This document shows positions 1-9,635 of a stretch of DNA of 20,000 nt, piece by piece. Made by a program: the position numbers and the translations under genes. A model generated the notes under the pieces. It was not told the origin of the DNA. It did not search any database and was given only the letters and a program-made list of their open reading frames with translations. The stretch comes from Chiloscyllium plagiosum. Taxonomy: Eukaryota. How positions within the stretch are numbered: position 1 is the stretch's first letter; each line of letters opens with the position of its first letter. Location: the NCBI RefSeq assembly GCF_004010195.1, contig NC_057719.1, positions 94,243,022-94,263,021 of the forward strand, written 5' to 3'.

Positions 1-946
1 TCACCTACCTCCTTTGTTTCTCATCTTCCTTTTTCCCTCTGATCTATCAAAAGGCACTTTAACCCATTCGCTGCCAATCTCCCTTTGTCTTTTTATCTCC
101 CCATTCTGACCGCTCTACGCCACCCTTACACACCCCACCACCCCACCACCTCTCCTATATTTTCCACCTCCATCTGTACGACCCCTTCCTGCTCCATACT
201 GCTGATGTTCTGACTCTCAGGATTGCAAACGCTTCGACATCCGCCTTTTATCATCAAAGGGTGTGCTGGGAATACTCAACCACGGTCATTTGCAAAGTGC
301 AGCTTGAGATAAATGCAACGATAAAGAAAAAGGCTTCCTGGAACACACGTACAGCACACACAATGTGTCTAAATCTGCAAAGACTTATTTCAAAACAGCA
401 GAAACCAAAAACAAAAATCCCCTGGAAAACGTCCAAGATCTCCAATGGGGGGAGAACTCCCATTTATAAAATCAACATCCGAAACACACACATCCCCCAT
501 TAACAAATCTACTTTCATTTCGATTAGCCTGTAGCAGCAAACTCCTGTGAGTCAAACTTCTGTATTATTTTCATTTAAATTGCAACACATTAAGTCAACA
601 TTGACACACAATTAGAGTCATTCTGCAGAAAGCGAGTTCAGAACAGAGCAGAAATAAGTCCATACAAAAATGCTTATTCTTTTATATATATATCTACTCA
701 CACACACACACACACAAAAGTGGCCGTTTGTTCCAATAAAATAAAGATCTTTTCTATATTGTGCGTGCAATGCCGCCAGCTCCCCCCACACCCCGTGTAT
801 CTATCTATACTCCCTGTATTGTTAGATTTCAATGAAAATCTGGCAGATGCTGTCATGTCAGAGATTGTCAAGTCCTTTATTCAAAAGCTCCATGCATTTT
901 CTCTCTCTCACACACACAGACACACACACACTGCTGCTTTCCTTAC

Positions 947-1016
947 CTTGCCGGGTAAGAGCTAAGATCATCACTCCGAAAGCCAGCAGACTTGTCCGAG
1001 TCCTACACCCCGCCAT
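947..1016 (-). CDS. Putative first coding exon encoding a signal peptide (MAGCRTRTSLLAFGVMILALTRQ+G) of an unidentified secreted/membrane protein; gene continues left of the window
   Basis: Strong Kozak ggaccATGG at 1016; basic n-region then hydrophobic core LLAFGVMILAL; 70 nt ending in canonical donor AAG|GTAAGG (GT at 946-945), phase 1 as typical of leader exons; no upstream ATG on the minus strand between 1017 and 1380. Confidence 0.65.
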
Positions 1017-1038
1017 GGTCCGTGTCCCTCTCCTCTCT

Positions 1039-1336
1039 GGGTGCTGAGACACCCTGTGTCCGTCTGTACACACGATGGGTGCTGAGGCACTCTGGTTCTG
1101 CCTGTCCCCTATGGGTGCTGAGACACCCTGTTTCTGCTTGTCTCCTGTGGGTGCTGAGACACCCTGTTTCTGCTTGTCTCCTGTGGGTGCTGAGACACCC
1201 TGTTTCTGCCTGTCCCCTATGGGTGCTGAGACACCCTGTTTCTGCCTGTCTCCTGTGGGTGCTGAGACACCCTGTTTCTGCCTGTCCCCTATGGGTGCTG
1301 AGACACCCTGTTTCTGCCTGTCCTCTGTGGGGTGCT
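1039..1336. repeat. 36-bp minisatellite, ~8 copies
   Basis: Unit GGGTGCTGAGACACCCTGTTTCTGCCTGTCCCCTAT with variant ending TGTCTCCTGT; 12-aa periodicity in ORFs. Confidence 0.95.
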
Positions 1337-1376
1337 GCTGCAGCACCTTCACTCAGGCCAGCACCTTAACGAGATG

Positions 1377-1495
1377 CTAATATATGCAGCACCGGGGAGG
1401 TGGGGCATATTCCTATCCCAGTCAATGGCAAAGCAGAGGCGGGGTTATTGAACTCAGCAATTTGATGTATGGACATCCCCCTGGTCAGGATTGGT
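1377..1495 (-). promoter_or_regulatory. Candidate proximal promoter of the minus-strand gene
   Basis: TATA-like CATATATTAG (1386-1377, minus), GGGGAGGTGGGGC GT/GC box (1394-1406), GAGGCGGGG GC box (1436-1444), CCAAT on minus (1494-1490), in the expected order upstream of the exon. Confidence 0.4.
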
Positions 1496-2206
1496 CACAA
1501 GGAGACTTTCAGAAACAAGTTCCTCTTTGTGTCAATGCACTGTATAATTTAAAGCCCAGAGTTGAAAGGGGGGGGGGGGGGGGATATCCATGTGTGTGTA
1601 TATTTGTCTGTGATTATCTATGTCTGTGTGTGTATCTATCTGTGTGTGTGTGTACCCATGTGAGTGTGTGTCTGTTTCTGTGTGTACGTGTGACAGTGTT
1701 TGTGATGGTATGTGTCTGTGTGAGTCTCTGTGATGGTGTGTGTGTGACTTTGTGCATGTGTATGTCTCCATCACTGTGTGCATGTGTGACCGTGTGTGTC
1801 TGTGATTGTCTCTGCATGTATATGTGACTTAATGTGTTTGTGTATGTATGTGTCTGTGAGCGATTATTTATGTTTGTCTGTGTTTGTATCTGTATGTGTG
1901 TCTCTGAATATGTATCTGTGTGTGTATCTGTACGTGTGTGTATATGTGTCTGTGTGTATCTGTGTGTGTNNNNNNNNNNNNNNNNNNNNNNNNNNNNNNN
2001 NNNNNTGTATTTGCCTGTGTATCTGTATGTGTGTCTATGTATCTCTGTGTGTATCTGTATGTGTGAGTGTACATCTGTTAATGTATGTGTGTATCTGTAT
2101 GTGTGTGTATCTGTATGTGTATCTGTACGTGTGTGTGTATCTGTCTGTATCTGTACCTGTGTGTATGTATCTGTATGTGTGTGCATGTACCTGTTAGTGT
2201 GTATCT

Positions 2207-2405
2207 ATAGCTGAAAATGTGTTGCTGGAAAAGCGCAGTAGATCAGGCAGCATCCAAGGTGCAGGAGAATCGACGTTTCGGGCATGAGCCCTTCTTCAGG
2301 ATTCTCCTGATTCTCCTGCTCCTTGGATGCTGCCTGACCTGCTGCGCTTTTCCAGCAACACTTTTTCAGCTCTGATCTCCAGCATCTGCAGTCCTCACTT
2401 TCTCC
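2207..2405. mobile_element. Non-autonomous Penelope-like fold-back element (inverted pLTR fragments plus one-sided tail)
   Basis: Arms are reverse complements (TGTTGCTGGAAAAGCGCAG...GGAGAATC / GATTCTCC...CTGCGCTTTTCCAGCAACA); left arm nearly identical to 17927-18020, which adjoins a GIY-YIG ORF; 12-bp TSD TAGTGTGTATCT at 2195-2206 and 2406-2417. Confidence 0.85.
2262..2309 (-). ncRNA. Minimal type I hammerhead ribozyme motif (PLE type)
   Basis: Minus strand CAGGAGAAUC-CUGAAGA-A-GGGC UCAU GCCC-GAA-AC GU-C^GAUUCUCCUG: intact core, 4-bp stem II, 10-bp stem I, palindromic ACGU in place of stem III. Confidence 0.75.
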
Positions 2406-2659
2406 TAGTGTGTATCTGTACCTGTGTGTATGTATTTGTGTGTGTGCATTTGTGTGTGTATATCTATATGTGTGTCTATGTATCTCTGTGTGTATCTGTA
2501 CATGTGTGTATATCTGTACATGTGTGTATGTATCTGTGTGTGTATCTGTATGTGTGTGTTTCTTTAAGTGTGTGTGTATATGTATATGTGTGTGTATCTG
2601 TATGTGTGTATATGTATCTGTGTGTGTCTGTGTGTGTGCATATATCTGTATATCCCCTC

Positions 2660-3372
2660 AGCGATTTCAGTGAAGGTTAAACTGTTGGTAAGTGGCAGAC
2701 CTGAAGAATATATCCCAGTTCCATTCTCCAGGGTCTAACTGAAATACCTGCTGATTTTGAATTAAGGGGCAGTCAGGATGGTTAGAAAATTACTTGAAGA
2801 TGGAGTTGATTCACTTCTGGGAGATGATGTGACAGAAGTAAAAGTCACAGCCTCACCTCCAATCACAGAAAGTCCTGTTGAGGCTAAACAGACAGAACAG
2901 TGGCAGGAACAGGTTTTGGGTATTTTTCCATTTCATGCAATGGCCAGAACAATGGTTAAACAAAGTCCATCACTAGAGGTCACAGTAATACTGCAGGCAG
3001 GTGTTAGAGTATCTGAGACTCCGTTTAAGAGTAAGGTTAGCTCAAAGGAGATGTTTGGCATGCTTCGTTAAGTGAGTCTCAGGAAGCAGGGGGTGAAGTC
3101 AGGAAGGTACAGCCAATTCACGCTGAAGTGGAGGAGTTCTTGAGTGTTATAATAGAAAGAAAAGGAGTTCTGATTCAGCACAGGCATTCTCATAAACCTG
3201 AGGCAAGTTGGTTATCCTACAGCCCAGACAGTGGAAGGGGATAATTGCGATGAACAGATGGAATATCTGAGGTAGTGGATAGAGGGATATGAAAAATGCA
3301 GACATCAATAAACAGGTATTTAATATTGACTGGGACTTTGTAAAGATGCTGTGTCAAGCTTTCCATACATTG
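2660..3372 (+). mobile_element. Decayed Gypsy LTR-retrotransposon pol fragment (protease end, linker, integrase Zn-finger region; Gmr1-like order)
   Basis: ORF 2778-3071 VRKLLEDGVDSLLGDD...KV..SP.ITESP...GIFP..AMARTMVK resembles the vertebrate Gypsy motif LP..GV.LLLGND...FP.C.VTR.M; downstream frameshifted remnants resemble Y..K.GVL and YWPGL.KD. Confidence 0.55.
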
Positions 3373-3377
3373 TTTGT

Positions 3378-3684
3378 TTTAAATCATGAGGTCATCGCTG
3401 GCTAGGCCAGAATTTATTGCCCATCCCTAATTGCCCTGAGGGCAGTTAAGAACCACACGCATTGCTGTGGGTGTGAAGTAGGCCAGACCAGGCAATTTTG
3501 TGAGCCAAATGAGGTAACCCCCAATGAATTCATGGTCATCGTTAGACACTTAGTTCCAGATTTTTATTTTTAAATTTTGAAATCAAGTTCCAATATCTGC
3601 CATGGCAGGATTTGAACCCAGAGCGTTATTTGGGTTGTAGGATTAAGAGCCCAGTGATAACAGCAGTCAGTCATTGCCTTCCCT
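3378..3684 (-). mobile_element. tRNA-derived SINE (non-HE1 chondrichthyan family)
   Basis: B-box GGGTTCAAATCC on minus (~3609-3620); 3' GGGCAATTAGGGATGGGCAATAAA; similar to 19528-19875. Confidence 0.7.
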
Positions 3685-3737
3685 CTGAGGAAGCCCTCAG
3701 TATGTAATCAGCCCAACACCTTTGATTCCTACAAGAG

Positions 3738-3883
3738 GACAGCAAACTGTGGATGCTTGGAGCTCTGCAACAAACACAGGAACGGGTGGAGAAACTGGGT
3801 AAGTGTGGCAGCGTCTGCAGAGAGAGAGAGAAAGAAAGCGCAGAGTTTATGTTTCAAACCCCTCCCCGACTGTTCGTCAGAGC
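3738..3883. mobile_element. Old PLE pLTR remnant with degenerate hammerhead core
   Basis: Similar to 17840-17926 + 18571-18618; minus strand CTGACGAA...GAAAC at 3880-3851. Confidence 0.5.
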
Positions 3884-4036
3884 CTTTGATAGTAGTTTCT
3901 GCAGAACCTGTTTGACTGTTAGTGGATTGCGTTAGACCATCACAAAAACAACATTGGGAGCGTGGTTTCCCCTTTGACTGCTGATACGTCAGCCCAGTTC
4001 TGAAAGGCTATTCCTTTTAGAACTTTAGTCTGTGTA

Positions 4037-4310
4037 GTGAGAGGGGAAAGATATAAAAGAGACCTAAGGGGCAACCTTTTCACACAGAGGGTGGTACGTG
4101 TGTGGAATGAGCTGCCAGAGGATGTGGTGGAGGCTGGTACAATTACAACATTTAAGAGGCATTTGGATGGGTATATGAATAGGAAGGGTTTGGAGGGATA
4201 TGGGCCGGGTGCTGGCAGGTGGGACTAGATTGGGTTGGGATACCTGGGTCGGCATGGACGGGTTGGACCGAAGGGTCTGTTTCCGTGCTGTACATCTCTC
4301 TGACTCTATG
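4037..4310 (+). mobile_element. CR1-type LINE 3' end (ORF2 C-terminus + 3' UTR)
   Basis: FTQRVVRVWNELPEDVVEAGTITTFKRHLD is the CR1 ORF2 C-terminal motif; tail CTCTCTGACTCTATG. Confidence 0.9.
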
Positions 4311-4414
4311 GTGGTGGATACGGTTTCTCTTTGATACTTTATGGATTGATACAGTCTGATCAGGATTCCACCTTTCTGTCGAAGGTCTTTCAGGAAGTCA
4401 GCAGTAGTTTGAAT

Positions 4415-5304
4415 ATCGAGTCTCACAGTATGGAAACAGACCCTTCTGTCCAATGCTGACCTGATGTCCCAATCTGACACAGTCCCATTTGCCAGCACTT
4501 GGCCTATATCCCTCTAAGTCTAGATGAGAGTGGTGCTGGAAAAGCACAGCAGGTCAGGCAGCATCCAAAGAGCAGGAAAATCGACGTTTCGGGCAAAAAT
4601 CCTTCATCAGGAAGGGTTTTTTCTTGATGAAGAGCTTATGCCCAAAAAGTTGATTTTCCTGCTCCTCGGATGCTGCCTGACCTGCTGTGCTTTTCCAGCA
4701 CCACTCTCATCTTGACTCTGATCTCCAGCATCTGTAGTCCTCACTTTTGCCATATCCTTCCAAATCCTTCCTATTCATATACCCATCCAGATTCCTTTTA
4801 AATGCTGTAATTGTACCAGCCTCCACCACTTCCTCTGGCAGCTCATTCCATACACATACCACCCTCTGTGTGAAAAAGTTGTCCCTTAGGTCCCTTTTAT
4901 ATCTTTCCCCTCTCACCCTAAACCTATGCCTCTCCAGTTCTGGACTCCCCTACCCCAGGGAAAAGACTTTGTCTATTTATCCTATCCATGCCCCTCAGGG
5001 TTTTATAAACCTCTATAACGTCAACCCTGAGCCTCTAACTCTCTGGGGAAAACAGCCCCAGCCTATCCAGCCTCTCACTGTAGGTCAAACCCTCCAATCC
5101 TGGCAACATCCTTGTAAATCTTTTCTGAATCCTTTCAATTTTTACAATATCCTTCTGACAGGGGGAAGACCAGAATTGCACACAATATTCCAAATGTCCT
5201 GTACAGCCGCAACATGACCTCCCAACTCCTGTACTCAATACTCTGACCAATAAAGGAAAGCATACCAAAAGCCTTCTTCATTACCTTGTCTACCTGCAAC
5301 TCCA
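4415..5304 (-). mobile_element. CR1-type LINE fragment, interrupted by a PLE fold-back at 4518-4748
   Basis: HLEYCVQFWS...IERIQKRFTRMLPGL and WNELPEEVVEAG motifs; 3' tail resumes left of the insertion. Confidence 0.9.
4518..4748. mobile_element. Non-autonomous PLE fold-back element with two inverted, partly decayed hammerhead cores
   Basis: ~95-bp inverted arms; minus CTGATGAAGGATTTTTGCCCGAAACGTC (4610-4583), plus TTGATGAAGAGCTTATGCCCAAAAAGTT (4624-4651); ~32-nt tail; imperfect ~16-bp flanking duplication GCC(T)ATATCCYTCYAA. Confidence 0.85.
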
Positions 5305-5305
5305 T

Positions 5306-5462
5306 CTTGTCTATTTACCCTATCCTTGCCCCACATAATTTTATAAACCTCTATAAGGTCACCCCTCTGCCTCCGACACTCCAGGGAAAACAGCCCCAGC
5401 CTGTTCAACGTCTCCAACTCTGGCAACATTCTTGTAAGTCTTTTCTGAACCCTCTCAAGTTT
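5306..5462 (-). mobile_element. Second CR1 fragment repeating ~4967-5140
   Basis: LERVQKRLTRMLP...RGDLIEVYKIM; direct similarity. Confidence 0.8.
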
Positions 5463-5814
5463 AAGAATTAAAAGGTAAAACAATTACAATTAATTGCATA
5501 TCATCTGTATACACAGAAGAGTTACCAGCAGCCTCTCAAAGCCAGGAATGAAGGTGTACCATCACAAATAGAGACAGATTTTGGGAGAAAAGATGAGATG
5601 TATTGCCATTTACTCCCTTGAGTTTCCCCAAATAAATCCTTTGGATTTAGTCTGTTTGAATTGGTTTATGATTCTGAGATCAGAGGTCTATTAAAATTGA
5701 TTAGGGAGACCTTCTTGAGTCAAACAGCCAAATCATCGATGTCAGAGACCGTGTCTGAATCCACATAAATGACCCTGCCTGTGGCTTTTTCCCATCCTGT
5801 CAAAACAAGCAACT

Positions 5815-6367
5815 CATAGAATCCCGACAGAGCTGACAAAATGCCATTCGGTCAACCGAGTTCACACCAACCCTCTGAGGAGCATCTCACCCAGACCCAC
5901 TCCCCTAACCCTGTAACCCTGCATTTCCCATGGCCAATCCACCCTAACCTGCACATCCCTGGGCACTATGGGTAATTTAGCATGGCCAATCCACCCTAAC
6001 CTGCACATCTCTGGGCACTATGGGTAATTTAGCATGGCCAATCCACCCTAACCTGCACATCCCTGGGCACTATGGGTAATTTAGCAGGGCCAATCCACCC
6101 TAACCTACACATCCCTGAACACTATGGGGTAATTTAGCATGGCCAATCCACCCTAACCTACACATCCCTGGACACTATGGGACAATTTAGCATGGCCAAT
6201 TCACCCTAACCTGCACATCCCTGGGCACTATGGGACAATTTGACATGGCCAATCCACCCTAACCTACACATCCCTGGACACTATGGGACAATTTAGCATG
6301 GCCAATCCACCCTAACCTGCACATCCCTGGACACTATGGGACAATTTAGCATGGCCAAACCACCCTA
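5815..6367 (-). mobile_element. HE1/V-SINE-type SINE 3' part with >=8 tandem 52-53-bp internal units, running into the gap
   Basis: Unit ATGGCCAATCCACCCTAACCTGCACATCCCTGGGCACTATGGG(T/AC)AATTTAGC starting 5930, 5982, 6034, 6086, 6139... Confidence 0.85.
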
Positions 6368-6867
6368 NNNNNNNNNNNNNNNNNNNNNNNNNNNNNNNNN
6401 NNNNNNNNNNNNNNNNNNNNNNNNNNNNNNNNNNNNNNNNNNNNNNNNNNNNNNNNNNNNNNNNNNNNNNNNNNNNNNNNNNNNNNNNNNNNNNNNNNNN
6501 NNNNNNNNNNNNNNNNNNNNNNNNNNNNNNNNNNNNNNNNNNNNNNNNNNNNNNNNNNNNNNNNNNNNNNNNNNNNNNNNNNNNNNNNNNNNNNNNNNNN
6601 NNNNNNNNNNNNNNNNNNNNNNNNNNNNNNNNNNNNNNNNNNNNNNNNNNNNNNNNNNNNNNNNNNNNNNNNNNNNNNNNNNNNNNNNNNNNNNNNNNNN
6701 NNNNNNNNNNNNNNNNNNNNNNNNNNNNNNNNNNNNNNNNNNNNNNNNNNNNNNNNNNNNNNNNNNNNNNNNNNNNNNNNNNNNNNNNNNNNNNNNNNNN
6801 NNNNNNNNNNNNNNNNNNNNNNNNNNNNNNNNNNNNNNNNNNNNNNNNNNNNNNNNNNNNNNNNNNN

Positions 6868-7600
6868 TTAATCAGTAAGAGGATCAAGGGGTTGGAGCAT
6901 AAGGCAGAAACGTAAAGTTGAGATTCAACAGATCACAATGGCACAGTGGCTAGCACTGCCTCAAGGCGCCACGGACCCCAGATTCAATTCCAGCTTCGGG
7001 GTGACTGTCTGTGTGGAGTTTGTACATTCTCCCTGTGTCTGCGTTTCCTCTGGGTTCTCCGGTTTCCTCCCACAGTCCAGAGATGTGCAGGTTAGGGTGG
7101 ATTGGCCAAAGTAAATTGTCCCATAGTGCCCAGGGAGGTGCAGGTTAGGATGGATTAGCCAAAGGAAATTGTCCCATAGTGCCCAGGGATGTGCAGGTTA
7201 GGGTGGATTGGCCGTGCTAAATTGTCCCATAGTGCACAGGGATGTACAGGTTAGGGTGAATTGGCCGTGCTAAATTGTCCCATAGTGCCCGGGGATGTGC
7301 AGTTTATGGTGGATTGGCCATGCTAAATTGTCCCATAGTGCCCAGGGATGTGCAGGTTAGGGTGGATGGGCCATGCTAAATTGTCCCATAGTGCCCAGGG
7401 ATGTGCAGGTTAGGGCGGATTGGCCACGGGAAATGTGGGGTTACAGGAATAGATTGAGGATGCTCTTTGAAGATTGATATGGGCTGAATGGTTTGCTTCC
7501 ATACTGTAGGGAATCTGTGACTGAACAAAATGATTAGCCATTCAATGGCAGAGTAGACTTATTGGGACTGAGTGACCACTTCTGCCCCAGTTTCATATCG
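6868..7600 (+). mobile_element. Old CR1 3' end (6868-6935 and ~7525-7600) split by the SINE at 6938-7520
   Basis: The two halves join into a 3' end similar to 8900-9025. Confidence 0.55.
6938..7520 (+). mobile_element. HE1/V-SINE-type SINE with ~7 tandem 53-bp units
   Basis: A-box TGGCACAGTGG, degenerate B-box, V-domain TGTGTGGAGTTTGTACATTCTCCCTGTGTCTGCG...CTCCGGTTTCCTCCCA, LINE-like tail. Confidence 0.9.
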
Positions 7601-7741
7601 CCCTGTGCTTTGCTGCTGTTTTAATTGGATTTTCCACACTTCAGTGGAATATTCCTGCACACTCACGTTTGGAATGGTGAAGTAATTTAAATCTGCTTCG
7701 CGTGATGGGGTGCCTGAATTTAACAGCACCCAATCTTGGAT

Positions 7742-8318
7742 CACGTTGAGGTTGTACAGGACGTTGGTGAGGCCCCTTCTGGAATACTGAGTCCAGTTCT
7801 GGTCACCCTGTTATAGGAAGGATTTCATTAAACTGGAGAGGGTTCAGAAGAGGTTTACCGGGATGTTGGGAGGGTTTGAGGTATACAGAAAGGCTGGATA
7901 GGCTGGGACTTTTTTCACTGGAGCGTAGGAGGTTGAGGGGTGACTTAATAGAGGTTTATAAAATTGTGAGGGGTTTAGATAAGGTGAATGATGAAGGTGT
8001 TTCTGTAAGGTTGGCGAGTCTAAGACAAGAAGGCACATTTTTAATAAGCTGAGAGGGAGAGAGGTTTTAAAAAGTCACAAGGGGCAATTTCCTTTTAAAC
8101 ACGCAACGGTCTGTATGTGGAATGAGCTTCCTGAGGAAGTGGGGGGGGGGGGGGGGTGTGGGGACAGTTACAACGTTTAAAAGACATTTGGATAAGGATA
8201 TGAACAAGAAAGGGTTGGAGGGAGATGGGCCAGGAGCAGGCAGGTGTGGGACTAGTTTAGTTTGGGGTTAAGGATTGGTCGGGCCGAAGGGTCTGTTTCA
8301 GTGCTGTCAGACTCTATG
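7742..8318 (+). mobile_element. CR1-type LINE 3' fragment
   Basis: LYRTLVRPLLEY..QFWSP and RGDLIEVYKI-like frames with frameshifts; CR1 3' UTR. Confidence 0.85.
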
Positions 8319-8324
8319 GACCAT

Positions 8325-9025
8325 GAAAATAACGTTTAAATGGAGAAAGACTGCAGAAAGCTACAGAAGGTGATTTGGGAATCCTCGTCCATGAATAATG
8401 GCATCCGCGTTCAGCGGGGACTAGAGAGAGCAAATGGAATGTTGGCCTTTTTCTCTCTCTATGGGAATGGAGCCTGAAGGTCTGGCAGAGTTTGCTAAAA
8501 TGGTACAAAGCAGTAATCAGATCACAGCTGGAATACTGCGAACGGTTCAGGGCCCCATTCCCGAAGGAAAGATATCCAGGGACTGAAGGTAAATCCAGAG
8601 AAGTTTCACTGATCTGATGAGGAGACCTTGAAGAGGTTGGGCCTGTACTCATTGGCATTGAGAAGAACTAGAGGTGACCTTTTTGAAATACGGGGGCTTT
8701 GAGACGAGAGGTTGTTTCCCCTTTGCGGGAGAGTCTGGGACGAGGGGAATCATCTCAGACTAAGGGGTCGAGCATTTTGGACAGAGATGTGGAGCGTTCT
8801 GTCCTCTCCGAGGGGAGACTGAATCTTCGGAATCCTTTACCGCAGAGGGCTGACGAGGATGAGGCATTGAATATATCCGAGGCTGAGACCGGGAGATCGT
8901 TCACCAGAAAAGGAAATGACGGGTGAGAGGGAAAAGGCAGGAAAGTGGAGTTCAGGAGGACCAGGTCAGCCACCATCACACGGAATAGGAGAGCAGACTT
9001 GATGGGCTGAATAGCCTACCGCATC
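8325..9025 (+). mobile_element. Old, decayed CR1-type LINE 3' fragment
   Basis: DLGILVHE, ANGMLAF, QLEYC and RGDL remnants; 3' UTR GGGCTGAATAGCCTAC. Confidence 0.75.
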
Positions 9026-9229
9026 TTTCTCTTCCCTTTCATTAACATGTTTTCCAACCCATGCTTAGTGGCACCACAGCTTTTGAAAGTTGCGCGTCGG
9101 TGTTAAGTGTTGCCTGTGCGGTTTTATTTTGGGTTTCACTGTCGTGACCAATCAGCTGTTGTCTGTTTCCCCTCAACGTCCCCTTTGGGACAGGCCTTGT
9201 GGAGTCGGTGCTGATAAGACACACCGAGA

Positions 9230-9635
9230 GACCCTCCGACAGTGCGGCCCTCCCTCAGCACTGACCCTCCGACAGTGCGGCTCTCCCTCAGCACTGACCC
9301 TCCGATAGTGCGGCTCTCCCTCAGCACTGCCCCTCCGACAGTGCGGCTCTCCCTCAGCACTGACCCTCCGATAGTGCAGCTCTCCCTCAGCACTGCCCCT
9401 CCAACAGTGCAGTGCTCCCTCAGCACTGACCCTCTGACAGCGAGGCACTGACCCTCCGACAGTGCGGCACTCCCTCAGCACTGACCCTCCGACAGTGAAA
9501 TGCTCCCTCAGCACTGACCCTCCAACAGTGCCCCGTTTCCACAGCACTGACCCACCAACAGTGCGGCACTCCCGCAGCACTGACACTCCGACAGTGCGGC
9601 ACTCCCTCAGCACTGACCCTCCGACAGTGCAGTGC
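9230..9635 (+). repeat. 33-bp minisatellite, ~12 copies
   Basis: Unit CACTGACCCTCCGACAGTGCGGCACTCCCTCAG. Confidence 0.95.

Larger units (their letters stand above)
1590..2650. repeat. Degenerate (TG)n/(TGTATC) microsatellite field, interrupted by an N gap and a PLE-derived insertion
   Basis: Direct inspection; preceded by poly-G at 1568-1583. Confidence 0.95.

Noticed and set aside
1..250. Pyrimidine-rich stretch resembling a PLE 3' region
   Set aside because: No hammerhead core or diagnostic motif found
1015..1047. Plus-strand Kozak ccgccATGG
   Set aside because: Only 10 codons to a stop; product of the CCATGG palindrome
1039..1336. CRISPR-like 36-bp palindromic repeats (also the 33-bp arrays)
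   Set aside because: Contiguous units, no unique spacers, no cas genes, eukaryotic context
1384..2680. Cys/Val- and His/Thr-rich ORFs
   Set aside because: Translations of TG/CA microsatellite, some through Ns
6312..6887. Long ORFs
   Set aside because: Span the N gap
7667..7713. Possible 47-nt minus-strand micro-exon (AG...GTGAGT)
   Set aside because: Weak polypyrimidine tract, no recognisable peptide or partner exon
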